Source of the DNA: Desulfobacterales bacterium
GTDB taxonomy: Bacteria; Desulfobacterota; Desulfobacteria; Desulfobacterales; SG8-13
Length of the DNA: 64,000 bases
Assembly (NCBI GenBank): GCA_049283795.1
Contig: JBAPWQ010000049.1
Span: 13,400 to 77,399 of the forward strand
Direction of reading: 5' to 3'
The notes beneath the pieces were generated by a model that was not told the DNA's origin, did no database searches, and saw only the letters and a list, made by a program, of their open reading frames with translations. Positions 54,901-63,746 of the stretch are shown here, piece after piece. The first letter of the stretch is position 1, and each line of letters begins with the position of its first letter. Position numbers and translations under genes: made by a program.

Positions 54901-57401
54901 CGGGGCTTTCGCATGGCAGACGCGACCCGGGGGACGAAGGCCTTTGCTACACCTTCGACCCCATCGCCAGCCTGTGCCTGCGAGTCGAGTTGCCGCCGCA
55001 CGGATCGGCCACGGTGACCTTTGTCGACGGCTATGGTGTCGATGAGCGCCAGGCCCTGGCGCGCATCGCAAAACACCTCGGCAGGCAGACCCCGGAGGAT
55101 GTCCGCCAGTGGCGCGCGTTTACCCGAACGCGCAGTGTGAACCGGCGAACCGCTGCGGGAAAAACCGGCGGCGGCGACCGCGCCGCTCTTCCCTACCGGT
55201 TTTCGCCCGATGGCGGGGAACTGACCGTCGGCTGCGACACCCCCCGCCCCTGGAGCCATGTGATGGCCAATCCCCTCGGCTACGGCTGCATGGTGACGAA
55301 TCACGGCGCCGGCTATTCTTTCATGAAGAATTCACAGCAAAACGGCCTGACGCCCTTTGACTCCGACTCGGTTTCCGCGCAGCTGCCCGGCCAGGTTTTC
55401 TACCTGCTGAACCGCACGACCGGCCAGGCGGAAACGCCCACCTATATTCCCTTGCGAAGAAAAGACCGGTCGTTCGATGTCACCTGGGGCCCGGGGTATG
55501 CGATTTCCAGGAACCGCAGCGCGGCGGTCGAGCTGGAACTGTGCCATTTCGTTTTGACCGACCAACCGGCCGAGATCCGGCTGCTCACGATCCGCAACCG
55601 CACCGCAGAGCCCCAGCCGTATCGCGTGCTGCCGTATTGGCAGGTCGTGTTGGGGGAGACGCCGGTGGACACACGCGGCCGAATCGCAACCGAACACGAC
55701 CCAAGCCTCGCTGCGCTTTTCTTCTCCAATCCTCACAACGACTTCTGGCGCGGCTGGGCTTTTGCCGCCACGAGTCTGCCGGCGACCGCCTGCGAGACGG
55801 TGCGCGCCAGGGTCATCGGCGGCGGCGAGCGGGACCTCACCAATCCCTTCATGTTGCAAAGCGGCGCTTCCGATGCGACCCAGCCGGACGATGGCTTTCG
55901 CTGTGCGGCTTTTGCCGGCGAGGTGCAGGTTCCCCCGGCCGGCGAGGTGACGGTGTGTTTTCTACTCGGCCAGTGCCAAAGCCGGGAACAAGGTGCGGAG
56001 ATCATCCGCAAGTATCGGAATGTCCCCGCCGCGCAAAAGGCTTTGGCTGAAACCAAACAGTGGTGGCGGGAATATCTCGGCGGGCCGCCGGCCCGCTCCG
56101 GCGACGTTGCTGTCGACCGGATGGCCAATTGCTGGCTGCCGTACCAGGTGCTGGTGGCGCGCCTCTGGGGCCGGCTGGGACCGTACCAGCGCAGCGGGGC
56201 CTTCGGTTTCCGCGACCAGCTTCAGGATGTCCTGCCGTTTCTTCATCTCAAACCCGAGCTGGCCCGACGGCAGATTCTGCTTCACTCCGCCCAGCAGTTT
56301 CGCAGGGGGGATGTCTTGCAGTGGTGGCATCGGTCCTGGGAAGATAAGACCGGCCTCGGCGCCCATGGACGGGCTTCGGATCCTCACCTGTGGCTGCCTT
56401 ACATGGTTTACCAATACGTCAACGCTACGGGCGACTGGCAAATTCTGGACGAGAAAACACCCTACCTGGAAGGCGGTCCCCTGGAAAAAATGTCCGTGAC
56501 CCGGGTGGCCGCCCAGCGGCCTTCGCGCGACACGGCAAGTCTCTATGACCATTGTGTCAGGGCAATCGACTTTACCATTCGGAAAAACGGTCCGCACGGA
56601 TTGCCGCTGCTGGGGGCCGGAGACTGGAACGACGGTCTGGATGCGGCCGGCATCCGAAACAGGGGCGAGAGCGTCTGGCTCGGATTTTTCTTCCACGACA
56701 TACTGATCCACTTCGCCGAGCTGGCGGCGGAAAAAGAGGGGCATGACCGGAAGATGGATTTGCTGACGAAAGCCGCGGAGCTGAGAACGCGTCTCGACGC
56801 GGCGTGGCTGGGGGACAGGTATGTCAACTATTACACCGATGACGGGCGGCAGATAACCCGCGCCAACGCCCTGGTGGCCGCCTGGTCGATCCTATCCGGC
56901 GTCGCGGGTCCGGAAAGGGGGCGGCGGGCCATGGCCACGGTCCTGAAGGAACTCGAAAAGAAAACCCTCGTTCAGCTCTTTGCGCCGCCTTTCACGGAAA
57001 ATGACGCCATTTATCCCGGCCGGCTGGCCGATTATCCGCCGGGGGTCCGCGAAAACGGCGGCCAGTATTCGCACGGCGTGTCCTGGTTGGTGGATGCGCT
57101 GCTTTTTCTGGCGGAGGAAGCAAAGGGATCGGGGGAAGAGAAACTCGCCGCCGCTTACCGGTCCAAGGCGCAGAACCTGTGGCGCAAGATTTCACCGCTC
57201 GGCCACGTGTCGCTGGAAAACCTGGCAGTCTACGGACTGCCGCCCCATCAGCAGCCGGCCGATGTTTACTTCGGGCCGGGCTATGAGGGCCGGGGCGGGT
57301 GGAGCTGGTACACCGGCGCGGCGGCCCGCATGCTGTTCACCGCGCAGGCCCTGTCGGGCATCAAGCGGAAGCAAGAAGTTACACCACACCAAGGAACATA
57401 G
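51930..57401 (+). CDS. Giant membrane protein: ~700-aa polytopic N-terminal domain fused to a GH94-type (1,2-beta-oligoglucan/cellobiose phosphorylase, cyclic-glucan-synthase C-terminal-like) domain
   Basis: 1823 aa with many hydrophobic segments in residues 1-720. GH94 motifs lie in the C-terminal ~1100 aa: GAFGFRDQLQD, LLGAGDWNDGLD and ENGGQYSHGVSW. Confidence 0.85.
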   Translation: MPEKEHQNGAVAKDGLMRSVSLFLCGILAAAAAVYATARGQGWMSALPAGVLGLLAAGFFKLHFTGKRLTLLEGFQDFCVPAFFALCVRAGLDIWQVPRTLNDPFVMTGLAASLFAVIYILAVMQHLAVAGRHPQPPLAATILAIPLLFNGLLLIGSTDLVRWIGRMVLPGETAGFLRPVFLGRSVILGLFNEAVANLIGLLVVRRLVTDARVHALLLASAVMAAVTPELADWGSAAYLAGLPWIAAVPAALFFAMLSQAGLWSQTFLITGLIMDAFHGKQPTWYWGSDHFRAGFTKGSVYSLVFIAIVQIMAGLMRMDAVVSMARAAPVIFSAVAGALAFPFLKTIIETFDGSDRFFQRAGHNYRQGIGFLRGAVLGGFCGDAFANGLPMVGGYERFFFGLLAGATGYGGLDFLKNAFEVLTGRRQRLQPWRVYALGIILGGVAGGGLAWYADTLQLRVLASKFHKYAALYYPAADKAVADYVIYPLFSKWGALNLGHTPGGVRLLYNEALSGVINWSLAAPLFSINLVVLNAMLQRSTAPLKELFTRQGVVGLVEQAVRVLRWGLWMAPVIYSFLRMSPDPTWYNQDGAIRTLVATVKSWTLDPESFRAWSLNVFLNLLVYDWFRILIWVDHMGLRVATLVNLSFVGADILDEKAARAIGFSARTRCMPLGLRRFATWAPLLIPFYLPRGTEWNYVWQTSAERAARLAATSWPPVYYVMGGFLIVAGGLGLFFASQKRRFPRAFIRPISEAPHGSLSPPCGHEKFVLSNGTYTTEITGDGRGYSRVFSSAIKGFEIDLTRRPDDPLQMRGKFFYLRDRSSSPDEPDRPWSIGFSPARSPEGEYRAVQADPLSMEMATEQAGIRAAVHLRLDETEPVEIRHVRLENHASRPRVIELTSYQEFGLNNTDAYRRHPFFNHLHIGTRFIRPMAALLAGNRLLKKPQKDASGRQASAETAFHAVREDSMNGISLIGYQDSRAHFIGRETLATPAGLSHGRRDPGDEGLCYTFDPIASLCLRVELPPHGSATVTFVDGYGVDERQALARIAKHLGRQTPEDVRQWRAFTRTRSVNRRTAAGKTGGGDRAALPYRFSPDGGELTVGCDTPRPWSHVMANPLGYGCMVTNHGAGYSFMKNSQQNGLTPFDSDSVSAQLPGQVFYLLNRTTGQAETPTYIPLRRKDRSFDVTWGPGYAISRNRSAAVELELCHFVLTDQPAEIRLLTIRNRTAEPQPYRVLPYWQVVLGETPVDTRGRIATEHDPSLAALFFSNPHNDFWRGWAFAATSLPATACETVRARVIGGGERDLTNPFMLQSGASDATQPDDGFRCAAFAGEVQVPPAGEVTVCFLLGQCQSREQGAEIIRKYRNVPAAQKALAETKQWWREYLGGPPARSGDVAVDRMANCWLPYQVLVARLWGRLGPYQRSGAFGFRDQLQDVLPFLHLKPELARRQILLHSAQQFRRGDVLQWWHRSWEDKTGLGAHGRASDPHLWLPYMVYQYVNATGDWQILDEKTPYLEGGPLEKMSVTRVAAQRPSRDTASLYDHCVRAIDFTIRKNGPHGLPLLGAGDWNDGLDAAGIRNRGESVWLGFFFHDILIHFAELAAEKEGHDRKMDLLTKAAELRTRLDAAWLGDRYVNYYTDDGRQITRANALVAAWSILSGVAGPERGRRAMATVLKELEKKTLVQLFAPPFTENDAIYPGRLADYPPGVRENGGQYSHGVSWLVDALLFLAEEAKGSGEEKLAAAYRSKAQNLWRKISPLGHVSLENLAVYGLPPHQQPADVYFGPGYEGRGGWSWYTGAAARMLFTAQALSGIKRKQEVTPHQGT

Positions 57402-57462
57402 AGGATGTCGGTTCGAAAATAGACTGTGGGGCAAGAGGTGCTGACCGTTTGCTTCCGCAGGA

Positions 57463-59418
57463 TCAACTCTTGGAAATGACTTCCTGAATTTTCAGTGACA
57501 GATCTTCGATCTTGAACGGTTTTTGAATCATGGGGTGGTGTTCGCTGTCCATGATCTCGGCCCCGTCCCTGTCAACCGAATAACCGCTGGCAATCAACAC
57601 CCGGACCTTGGGATTTATCTGTTTCAGGTGCAGGTAGGTCTCCTTGCCGCTCAGGCCGGGCATGATCATGTCCAGGACGACGATATCGATGTCGCCGGCC
57701 ATTTTTTTGTAGATGTCAACGGCGCGTTCGCCGCTTTCGGCCACCACGACCGAATAGCCGAGAAGCTTCAGGCCTTCGCGGCACACCTCGCGGATCTTGT
57801 CTTCATCGTCGACCAGCAGAACGGTTTCGCGGCCCAGGACCCGCTTGGGCGAAGAGGCCTCCGAGGGCATGAGTTTTCTCTCGGTGGCGGGAAGATAAAT
57901 CGTAAATGTGGTGCCGCTTCTTTCCTTGCTGGATACCTGGATATGGCCGCCATGATTCTTGATGATGCCGTAAGCGCTGTACAAACCGAGTCCCGATCCC
58001 TTGCCGAGCTTCTTCGTCGTAAAAAAAGGATCGAAAATCCGTTGCTGGATCGATTCGTCCATGCCGATTCCGGTATCGGAAATTGTGATCTTGACGTAGC
58101 GCCCCGGCTTCAGGTTCGTCGAGCGGGCGAGAAGACTTTTTTCCGTCAGGCGGACGTTCTCGGTTTGAACGTGCAACTCTCCGCCGGCGGGCATGGCATG
58201 CCCGGCGTTGACGTATATATTCAGGAAGACCTGTTCGATTTGCGAAGGGTCGGCCTCGATCATGAGGACCCGGGGGGCCAGGCTCTCGGTGATCCGGATG
58301 GCTTTGCGGGTCCGACCGAACAACTGGTTCTGCTTCCGGAGCAGGGCGTTGACATCGGTGGGCTGGATCTCGAGCGCCCCACCGCGGACGAAGGTCAGCA
58401 GCTGCCGTGTCAGACCGGCGCCGTCCTGGACATACTGCTCGACCATTTGGAGCTGGTGCTTGAAAGGGTTGCCGGCCTCCATTTTAAACATGATCAACGA
58501 GACGATACCCTGAATGCCCATGAGCAGGTTGTTGAAATCGTGGGCGATGCCACCGGCCAGATTGCCGAGCGCCTCGATTTTCTTGGCCTGCAACAGCTGG
58601 GTTTCCAGGATCTTGCGAAAGGTTTTGTCGCGTGCCACGCCGTACGTCCCGATCAGTTCCCGGCGGGTGCCGGTGCGTCGATATACCCCCGTGGCGTTCA
58701 ACTCGACGACGGCGAAGTCACTCAGCCGGCCGGCCCCTGATTCCTTGCGGGGGCCGGGCTTCAGACGCAGTTCGAAGGCGGCGGTCGCCCGTTTTCCGGT
58801 GCGTCTTTCATTGAATTTCCAGCAGGCTTTGTCGATATCGGTTTCGTAGAGCATCGTCTGGTATGATTTTCCCACCAGATCGACGCCACGGTAGCCGAAG
58901 AGTTTCTCGGCGGCGCTGTTGATAAAGGTAAATCGGCCATGCGCATCCAGGGTGTAGATCATGTCCGGAGAATTCTGCACCATGAATCGAAAGCGTTTTT
59001 CAGAGGCGCGCAGTCGATCTTCCATTTCCTGGTTGATCTCCTGGAGCATTTTCTGGCGCAGGGCATTGTCGATCGTTTTGACCAGTTCTTCGGTTTCGAA
59101 CGGTTTTTTCAGGTAGTCATAAGCCCCTTCACGCAAGGCCTTGACGGCGGAGTCAACCGATGCTTCGCCGGTCATCATGATCACCGGCGTGTCGGGCAGC
59201 CGGTTGAGAATGTGCTCCATCAAACTAAACCCGTCATGATCGGGCATGCAGATGTCAAGCAGGAAAAGGTCGAAGTTTTGCCGGCCGACGATCTGAAAGG
59301 CCGCTTCTCCGGAGGTGGCGGTCGTTACGTCGTAGCCCCGCGGCTGCAACAGCGCCTTCAGGCTCTCGCACATCCTCTGCTCGTCATCGACGACGAAAAC
59401 CGACGCTCGTTCGCTCAT
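57463..59418 (-). CDS. Hybrid sensor kinase: REC-PAS-HisKA-HATPase-REC
   Basis: Trimmed to the ATG at 59418 (AAGGAGA RBS), giving 651 aa. N-terminal receiver VFVVDDE..., a PAS region, H-box GIAHDFNNLL, DTGIGM, GSGLGL and a C-terminal receiver VLLVDDE...VVLDMIMPG. Confidence 0.85.
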   Translation of the reverse strand: MSERASVFVVDDEQRMCESLKALLQPRGYDVTTATSGEAAFQIVGRQNFDLFLLDICMPDHDGFSLMEHILNRLPDTPVIMMTGEASVDSAVKALREGAYDYLKKPFETEELVKTIDNALRQKMLQEINQEMEDRLRASEKRFRFMVQNSPDMIYTLDAHGRFTFINSAAEKLFGYRGVDLVGKSYQTMLYETDIDKACWKFNERRTGKRATAAFELRLKPGPRKESGAGRLSDFAVVELNATGVYRRTGTRRELIGTYGVARDKTFRKILETQLLQAKKIEALGNLAGGIAHDFNNLLMGIQGIVSLIMFKMEAGNPFKHQLQMVEQYVQDGAGLTRQLLTFVRGGALEIQPTDVNALLRKQNQLFGRTRKAIRITESLAPRVLMIEADPSQIEQVFLNIYVNAGHAMPAGGELHVQTENVRLTEKSLLARSTNLKPGRYVKITISDTGIGMDESIQQRIFDPFFTTKKLGKGSGLGLYSAYGIIKNHGGHIQVSSKERSGTTFTIYLPATERKLMPSEASSPKRVLGRETVLLVDDEDKIREVCREGLKLLGYSVVVAESGERAVDIYKKMAGDIDIVVLDMIMPGLSGKETYLHLKQINPKVRVLIASGYSVDRDGAEIMDSEHHPMIQKPFKIEDLSLKIQEVISKS

Positions 59419-61571
59419 ATTCTCCTTGCCTCCGGATGCGGGCGGTGACCAACCGAACCCGGCAGGCTGATCCGGAAAGTCGTCCCTTCGCCCGCACGGC
59501 TCCGGCAGCTGATGGTGCCACCGAAGCTGTCGATAAGGTCTTTGCTGATCGCCAGGCCCAGGCCGGCATGGGCGCCGCCCTTGGAACTGCCGCCGGGTTC
59601 GAAGAGCCGCTCCAGGCTTTTCGCCGGCAGGCCGGGGCCATCGTCTTGGATGGTGATGGTGATTTTGTCGGCGTCCGCGCCCTTTCCGCCCGGTTCGCAG
59701 GCGGTCGTCACGGAGATGGTGCCGCCGCAAGGCATGGCTTCCGCGGAATTAATCAGCAGATTGATGAGCACCTGGCTCAGCTGGCTTTTCTTCCCGGGCC
59801 AGGGCGGCAGGTTCGGTCCGGGGGCGAATGTCAATGCGACACGCGCGGGTTCGAGGATGGAAGCGGCCAGTAATCTCGACAGGTCCGCAATGATGCTGTT
59901 GACATCCAGGACCTCATGGCCGGCATCGACCTTGGCGCGGGTCGTCGACAACTGGGCAATCATACCGGGGATTCTTTCGATCTCCTGCTGGATCAGCGCG
60001 ATTTCTTCTTTTACTTCTGTCCGGCCGGCGATTTTCTCCCCGATCACGGCCAGGTAATTTTTGATGATTCCGAGCGGGTTGTTGACTTCGTGGAGGATGC
60101 GACCGATGGCGTCGTCATTCGGGGCGGCACCCGTCTTGCGCGCGGCGGACGGCCGGATGTCATCGGAGAGCGCTTTGTCGAGCAGCGCTGCGGCCTGACC
60201 GGCAAAAGTGTTCAGCAGATTCAGCTGTTCCCACAAGAGCGGGAACCGCGGCTCGTCTATTCCGGCGCAGATAACACCGATCCAGCGCCCGTCATGAACC
60301 AGCGGAAGGCACAGCATGCCCTCAGCGTCCAGCAGGCGAATCACTTGTTCATCAGCGATCGTGATCGCGTCGTTGGTCAGATATCCGAAAGAATCGTAAG
60401 TCTGGCGGCGGACGAGCGCCAGGGCGGGAAGGTTCCGGCCGGTTGCAACCGGCAGGTCAACCCGCGCGACGGGCTGACTACCGGCGGCCGTTTCGGCGGG
60501 CCGGCCCACCAGAACATCGCGGTCCGGATCGTAGAGAAATAGCAGTGCGGCGGCGACATCGAAGAGAATGGCAAATACCTGCAGCAGGTTTTGTTGGGTG
60601 GCGGCCATCCCGCCGCCGCCGGGCGCATGCTCGAAGGTGAGGTGCCGGACGCACAGTTCACGGAACTCGGCGATGATGCCGTGCACGGCGGCGTTGCGGG
60701 TATCGCCCGCCGGGGAAAAACTTTTTTCCAGCTCTTCCGCCCTCAAGCCCACATCTTGCAGCAGCTCCCCGGTCTGTTTCTGGGCCTCCGCGAAAATTCG
60801 ATCGAGACGATCGGCCGTCAGGTCCAGGCCGAGTGCCTGCAGGAGGGGGGCGGGGTCTGCGCGGCGCCCCTGGTTGCAAAAGACATTGGCGCCGAAAACG
60901 ATCCTGACCAGCGGCAGTGCGTCTGCGACCGCGGCAGGGGTGCAGTGATGATACAGCACCGCATCGGCCACGAACGGATGGGTTTTGAGATTTCGAATGA
61001 CACTCCATCCGGCTTCGCAGTGGTTGGTGCCGATATGGTCGTTTTCCGCCGGAAGCGCGCCGTCGTCTTTTCCCGACTTCTTGAAAAGCGGTTCGTAGTC
61101 CTTTTTAAAGTTGGACCAGAGCAGCAGCTTGCCGACATCGTGGAGCAATCCGGCAATGTAGGCCTCGTCTGCAAGCTCGGGGAACAGGTGCGCGCTGATC
61201 GAGCGGGCCAAAACCGCACAGCGCAGCGAGTGCAGCCAGAACTGGTTGAAATTGGCGTCGGTTTTCCACAACAAGGGGTTCGAGAGCGGATTGCTCAGGC
61301 TCATGAGGGCAACGTTTTTGATGGTTGCCGGACCCAGACGGGCCATACGCCGCTCGATCGATTTCAGGCTGGAGGTCACGGCATCGCCGGAGCCCGGCAG
61401 CCGCATGAGTTTGATCGTCAGGGCGGGATCCATGGCCGCGAGGCGGGCCATGTCCCGAAATGACGCCGTACCGCTGTGACACAGGCGGTTGAGTTTAATT
61501 AATACCTGGGGATGGCACGGCAGCGGAATGGCCGTGTTGATCTTGTTGAATATCTTGGGCGGATTCTTCAC
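59415..61571 (-). CDS. HDOD-GAF sensor histidine kinase
   Basis: 718 aa with a GTG start. N-terminal HDOD-like region (LPCHPQVLIKL...DPALTIKLMRL...HDVGKLLL), a central GAF-like region, H-box HEVNNPLGIIKNY, and DDGPGL, GLGLAI. Its stop overlaps the downstream start (ATGA). Confidence 0.8.
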   Translation of the reverse strand: MKNPPKIFNKINTAIPLPCHPQVLIKLNRLCHSGTASFRDMARLAAMDPALTIKLMRLPGSGDAVTSSLKSIERRMARLGPATIKNVALMSLSNPLSNPLLWKTDANFNQFWLHSLRCAVLARSISAHLFPELADEAYIAGLLHDVGKLLLWSNFKKDYEPLFKKSGKDDGALPAENDHIGTNHCEAGWSVIRNLKTHPFVADAVLYHHCTPAAVADALPLVRIVFGANVFCNQGRRADPAPLLQALGLDLTADRLDRIFAEAQKQTGELLQDVGLRAEELEKSFSPAGDTRNAAVHGIIAEFRELCVRHLTFEHAPGGGGMAATQQNLLQVFAILFDVAAALLFLYDPDRDVLVGRPAETAAGSQPVARVDLPVATGRNLPALALVRRQTYDSFGYLTNDAITIADEQVIRLLDAEGMLCLPLVHDGRWIGVICAGIDEPRFPLLWEQLNLLNTFAGQAAALLDKALSDDIRPSAARKTGAAPNDDAIGRILHEVNNPLGIIKNYLAVIGEKIAGRTEVKEEIALIQQEIERIPGMIAQLSTTRAKVDAGHEVLDVNSIIADLSRLLAASILEPARVALTFAPGPNLPPWPGKKSQLSQVLINLLINSAEAMPCGGTISVTTACEPGGKGADADKITITIQDDGPGLPAKSLERLFEPGGSSKGGAHAGLGLAISKDLIDSFGGTISCRSRAGEGTTFRISLPGSVGHRPHPEARRI

Positions 61572-62280
61572 TTATTCAGGTTGTTGGGCAGCCGACGGTA
61601 AAATGTTTCCCAATTAATCTATCCCAATTTCCACAGGAGTGTGCATTTCGTACCACACCGTCCCACCATTTCATTTCTCCGGAAAAGCCAGACCGGTCAA
61701 ACGCCTTGGTCCCGGCGACCGGCAATCTAAGCCAGCTGGCGTTGGTCGTAAAGAGGATCGAGATCATGCCGTTAAGTGAGTATCCTCTTAAACCAATTGC
61801 TGGGCAAAGTCATGCAATAACACTGCCAAAGGTCAACCGTTTTTGGTCGGCCGCCAGTCTGACTGCCAGGCCGTAGCGATCGATGGCCAGCCGCAGGGCT
61901 CGGTTGATCGGCAGCAGTGGTCGCAACCGGACGGGCAGGCCACGCCGGTGGCCCTCCCGAAACGGTCTGTTTCAGCATCGACGCACCGATACAGGGCTTC
62001 GACGCGATCGATTACCCCATCGATGCTTCTGTGGCGTGATTCCGGTGGTAAAACGGGCAAAATACCGCTATTGCTGACACTTGGGTGCATTTGAGGCGAA
62101 GCCGGTTGAAGGTGAATATCCCCGATCTTCAACGGATCATGCCACTTGGCATCGCCGCCGCTTGCTTTCGGTGCCGCTGATAGGATATAACCCGTCACGC
62201 AGCGCTATTGGAAGCCGCGCCGTCGCCGAAGGCTTGACCCCTGTGACCTGTTTTAATAAGAACCTGCCGTAGGAGGGCCA

Positions 62281-63591
62281 ATGAAGACGATTCCCACTGC
62301 CGAGTCCTTGACCGCCCTGCGGGGCAAGGTTATGGCCAAAGGGTTTTCGAGCGCCACCGATTGCTATGTCGCCCGGGCCAGCGGCGCCTCGATCTATGAC
62401 GTGACGGGACGGGAATACATCGATTTTACCGGCGGCATCGCCGTGATGAACGTCGGGCACTCGCATCCGCGCGTCGTGGCGGCCATCAAGGACCAGGCCG
62501 AAAAATTCACTCACACCTGCTTCATGGTTCTGCCGTATGAACCGGCGGTACGGTTGGCGCAAAGACTCTGCGAACTGGTTCCCGGTAATTTCGAAAAATC
62601 GGTCATGCTCAGCAACAGCGGTGCCGAGGCTGTTGAAAATGCGGTCAAGATCGCCCGCTATCATTCCGGGCGGCAGGCCGTCATCACCTTCGAAAACGCG
62701 TTTCACGGGCGCACCTATCTGGGGATGAGCTTGACAAGCAAAGTCAAGCCCTACAAGTATGGCTTCGGGCCTTTCGTGCCCGAGATTTACCGCATGCCCT
62801 TTGCCTATTGCTACCGCTGCCCCTTCACCCTGGCGTATCCGGGCTGCGGGGTCGCCTGTGCCGATCACCTGAAGGATTTTTTCGTTTCCCACGTTGCTTC
62901 CGAGGCCACCGCGGCCGTTATCGTCGAGCCGATCCAGGGCGAAGGCGGCTTTATCACGCCCCCGCCGGAATACTTCCCCAAATTGAAAAAAATCTGCGAA
63001 GACGCCGGCATCCTGTTTATCGCCGACGAAATTCAGACCGGCATCGGCCGCACTGGAACCATGTTCGCCATGGAACACTGGGGCGTCACGGCCGATATCA
63101 CCACGGTGGCCAAAAGCCTGGCGGCGGGCATGCCCCTGAGCGCCGTTGTCGGCCGCAAGGACATCATGGACTCGGTACATGCCGGCGGCATCGGGGGCAC
63201 CTACGGCGGCAACCCCGTCTCCTGCAGCGCGGCCCTGGCCGTTCTGGACGTCTTCGAAACCGACCATCTCCTGGAAAAAGCCACGGCATTAGGGCGTAAA
63301 CTCCGCAGCCGACTGGATGCGCTCAAGGACGGCTGCGAGCTGATCGGGGACGTTCGGGGCATGGGCCCGATGCTGGCCATGGAACTGGTCAAAGACCGCG
63401 AATCCAAACAGCCGGCGGCCGAGGAGACCAAGACCCTGGTAGGCGCCTGCCGCGAGAAAGGACTGCTGCTGCTCTCCTGCGGCACGTTCGGCAACGTCGT
63501 TCGACTGCTGATGCCCCTTGTCATCACCGATGCGCAACTGGAGCGTGGTCTCACCATCCTGGAAGAGGCGCTGGGCGGCCTGTCGACATGA
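62281..63591 (+). CDS. gabT: Class-III aminotransferase (4-aminobutyrate aminotransferase-like)
   Basis: 436 aa. Motifs GGIAVMNVGHSHP, DEIQTGIGRTGTMFA and TVAKSLAAGMPLSAV (PLP Lys). AGGAGGG RBS. Confidence 0.8.
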   Translation: MKTIPTAESLTALRGKVMAKGFSSATDCYVARASGASIYDVTGREYIDFTGGIAVMNVGHSHPRVVAAIKDQAEKFTHTCFMVLPYEPAVRLAQRLCELVPGNFEKSVMLSNSGAEAVENAVKIARYHSGRQAVITFENAFHGRTYLGMSLTSKVKPYKYGFGPFVPEIYRMPFAYCYRCPFTLAYPGCGVACADHLKDFFVSHVASEATAAVIVEPIQGEGGFITPPPEYFPKLKKICEDAGILFIADEIQTGIGRTGTMFAMEHWGVTADITTVAKSLAAGMPLSAVVGRKDIMDSVHAGGIGGTYGGNPVSCSAALAVLDVFETDHLLEKATALGRKLRSRLDALKDGCELIGDVRGMGPMLAMELVKDRESKQPAAEETKTLVGACREKGLLLLSCGTFGNVVRLLMPLVITDAQLERGLTILEEALGGLST

Positions 63592-63746
63592 GATGCCGGC
63601 CGAAGGGCGCGGGGCGGAAGTGACGGGCGTCCATTACTGATTGAATATCGGTTCCCGCAGCCCGCAACCCGTCGCTGTGATTCCTAATTTGTGTCGTGTC
63701 CGGCTATAAGCCATAAGCGTTCATATTCACAAAAGGAGGCTTTCCC

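Noticed and set aside
59419-59730. 104-codon N-terminal extension of the hybrid kinase ORF (track 57463..59730)
   Set aside because: The extension is Arg/Pro/His-rich junk that overlaps the real C-terminus of the upstream kinase. The ATG at 59418 has an AAGGAGA RBS and begins a canonical receiver domain.
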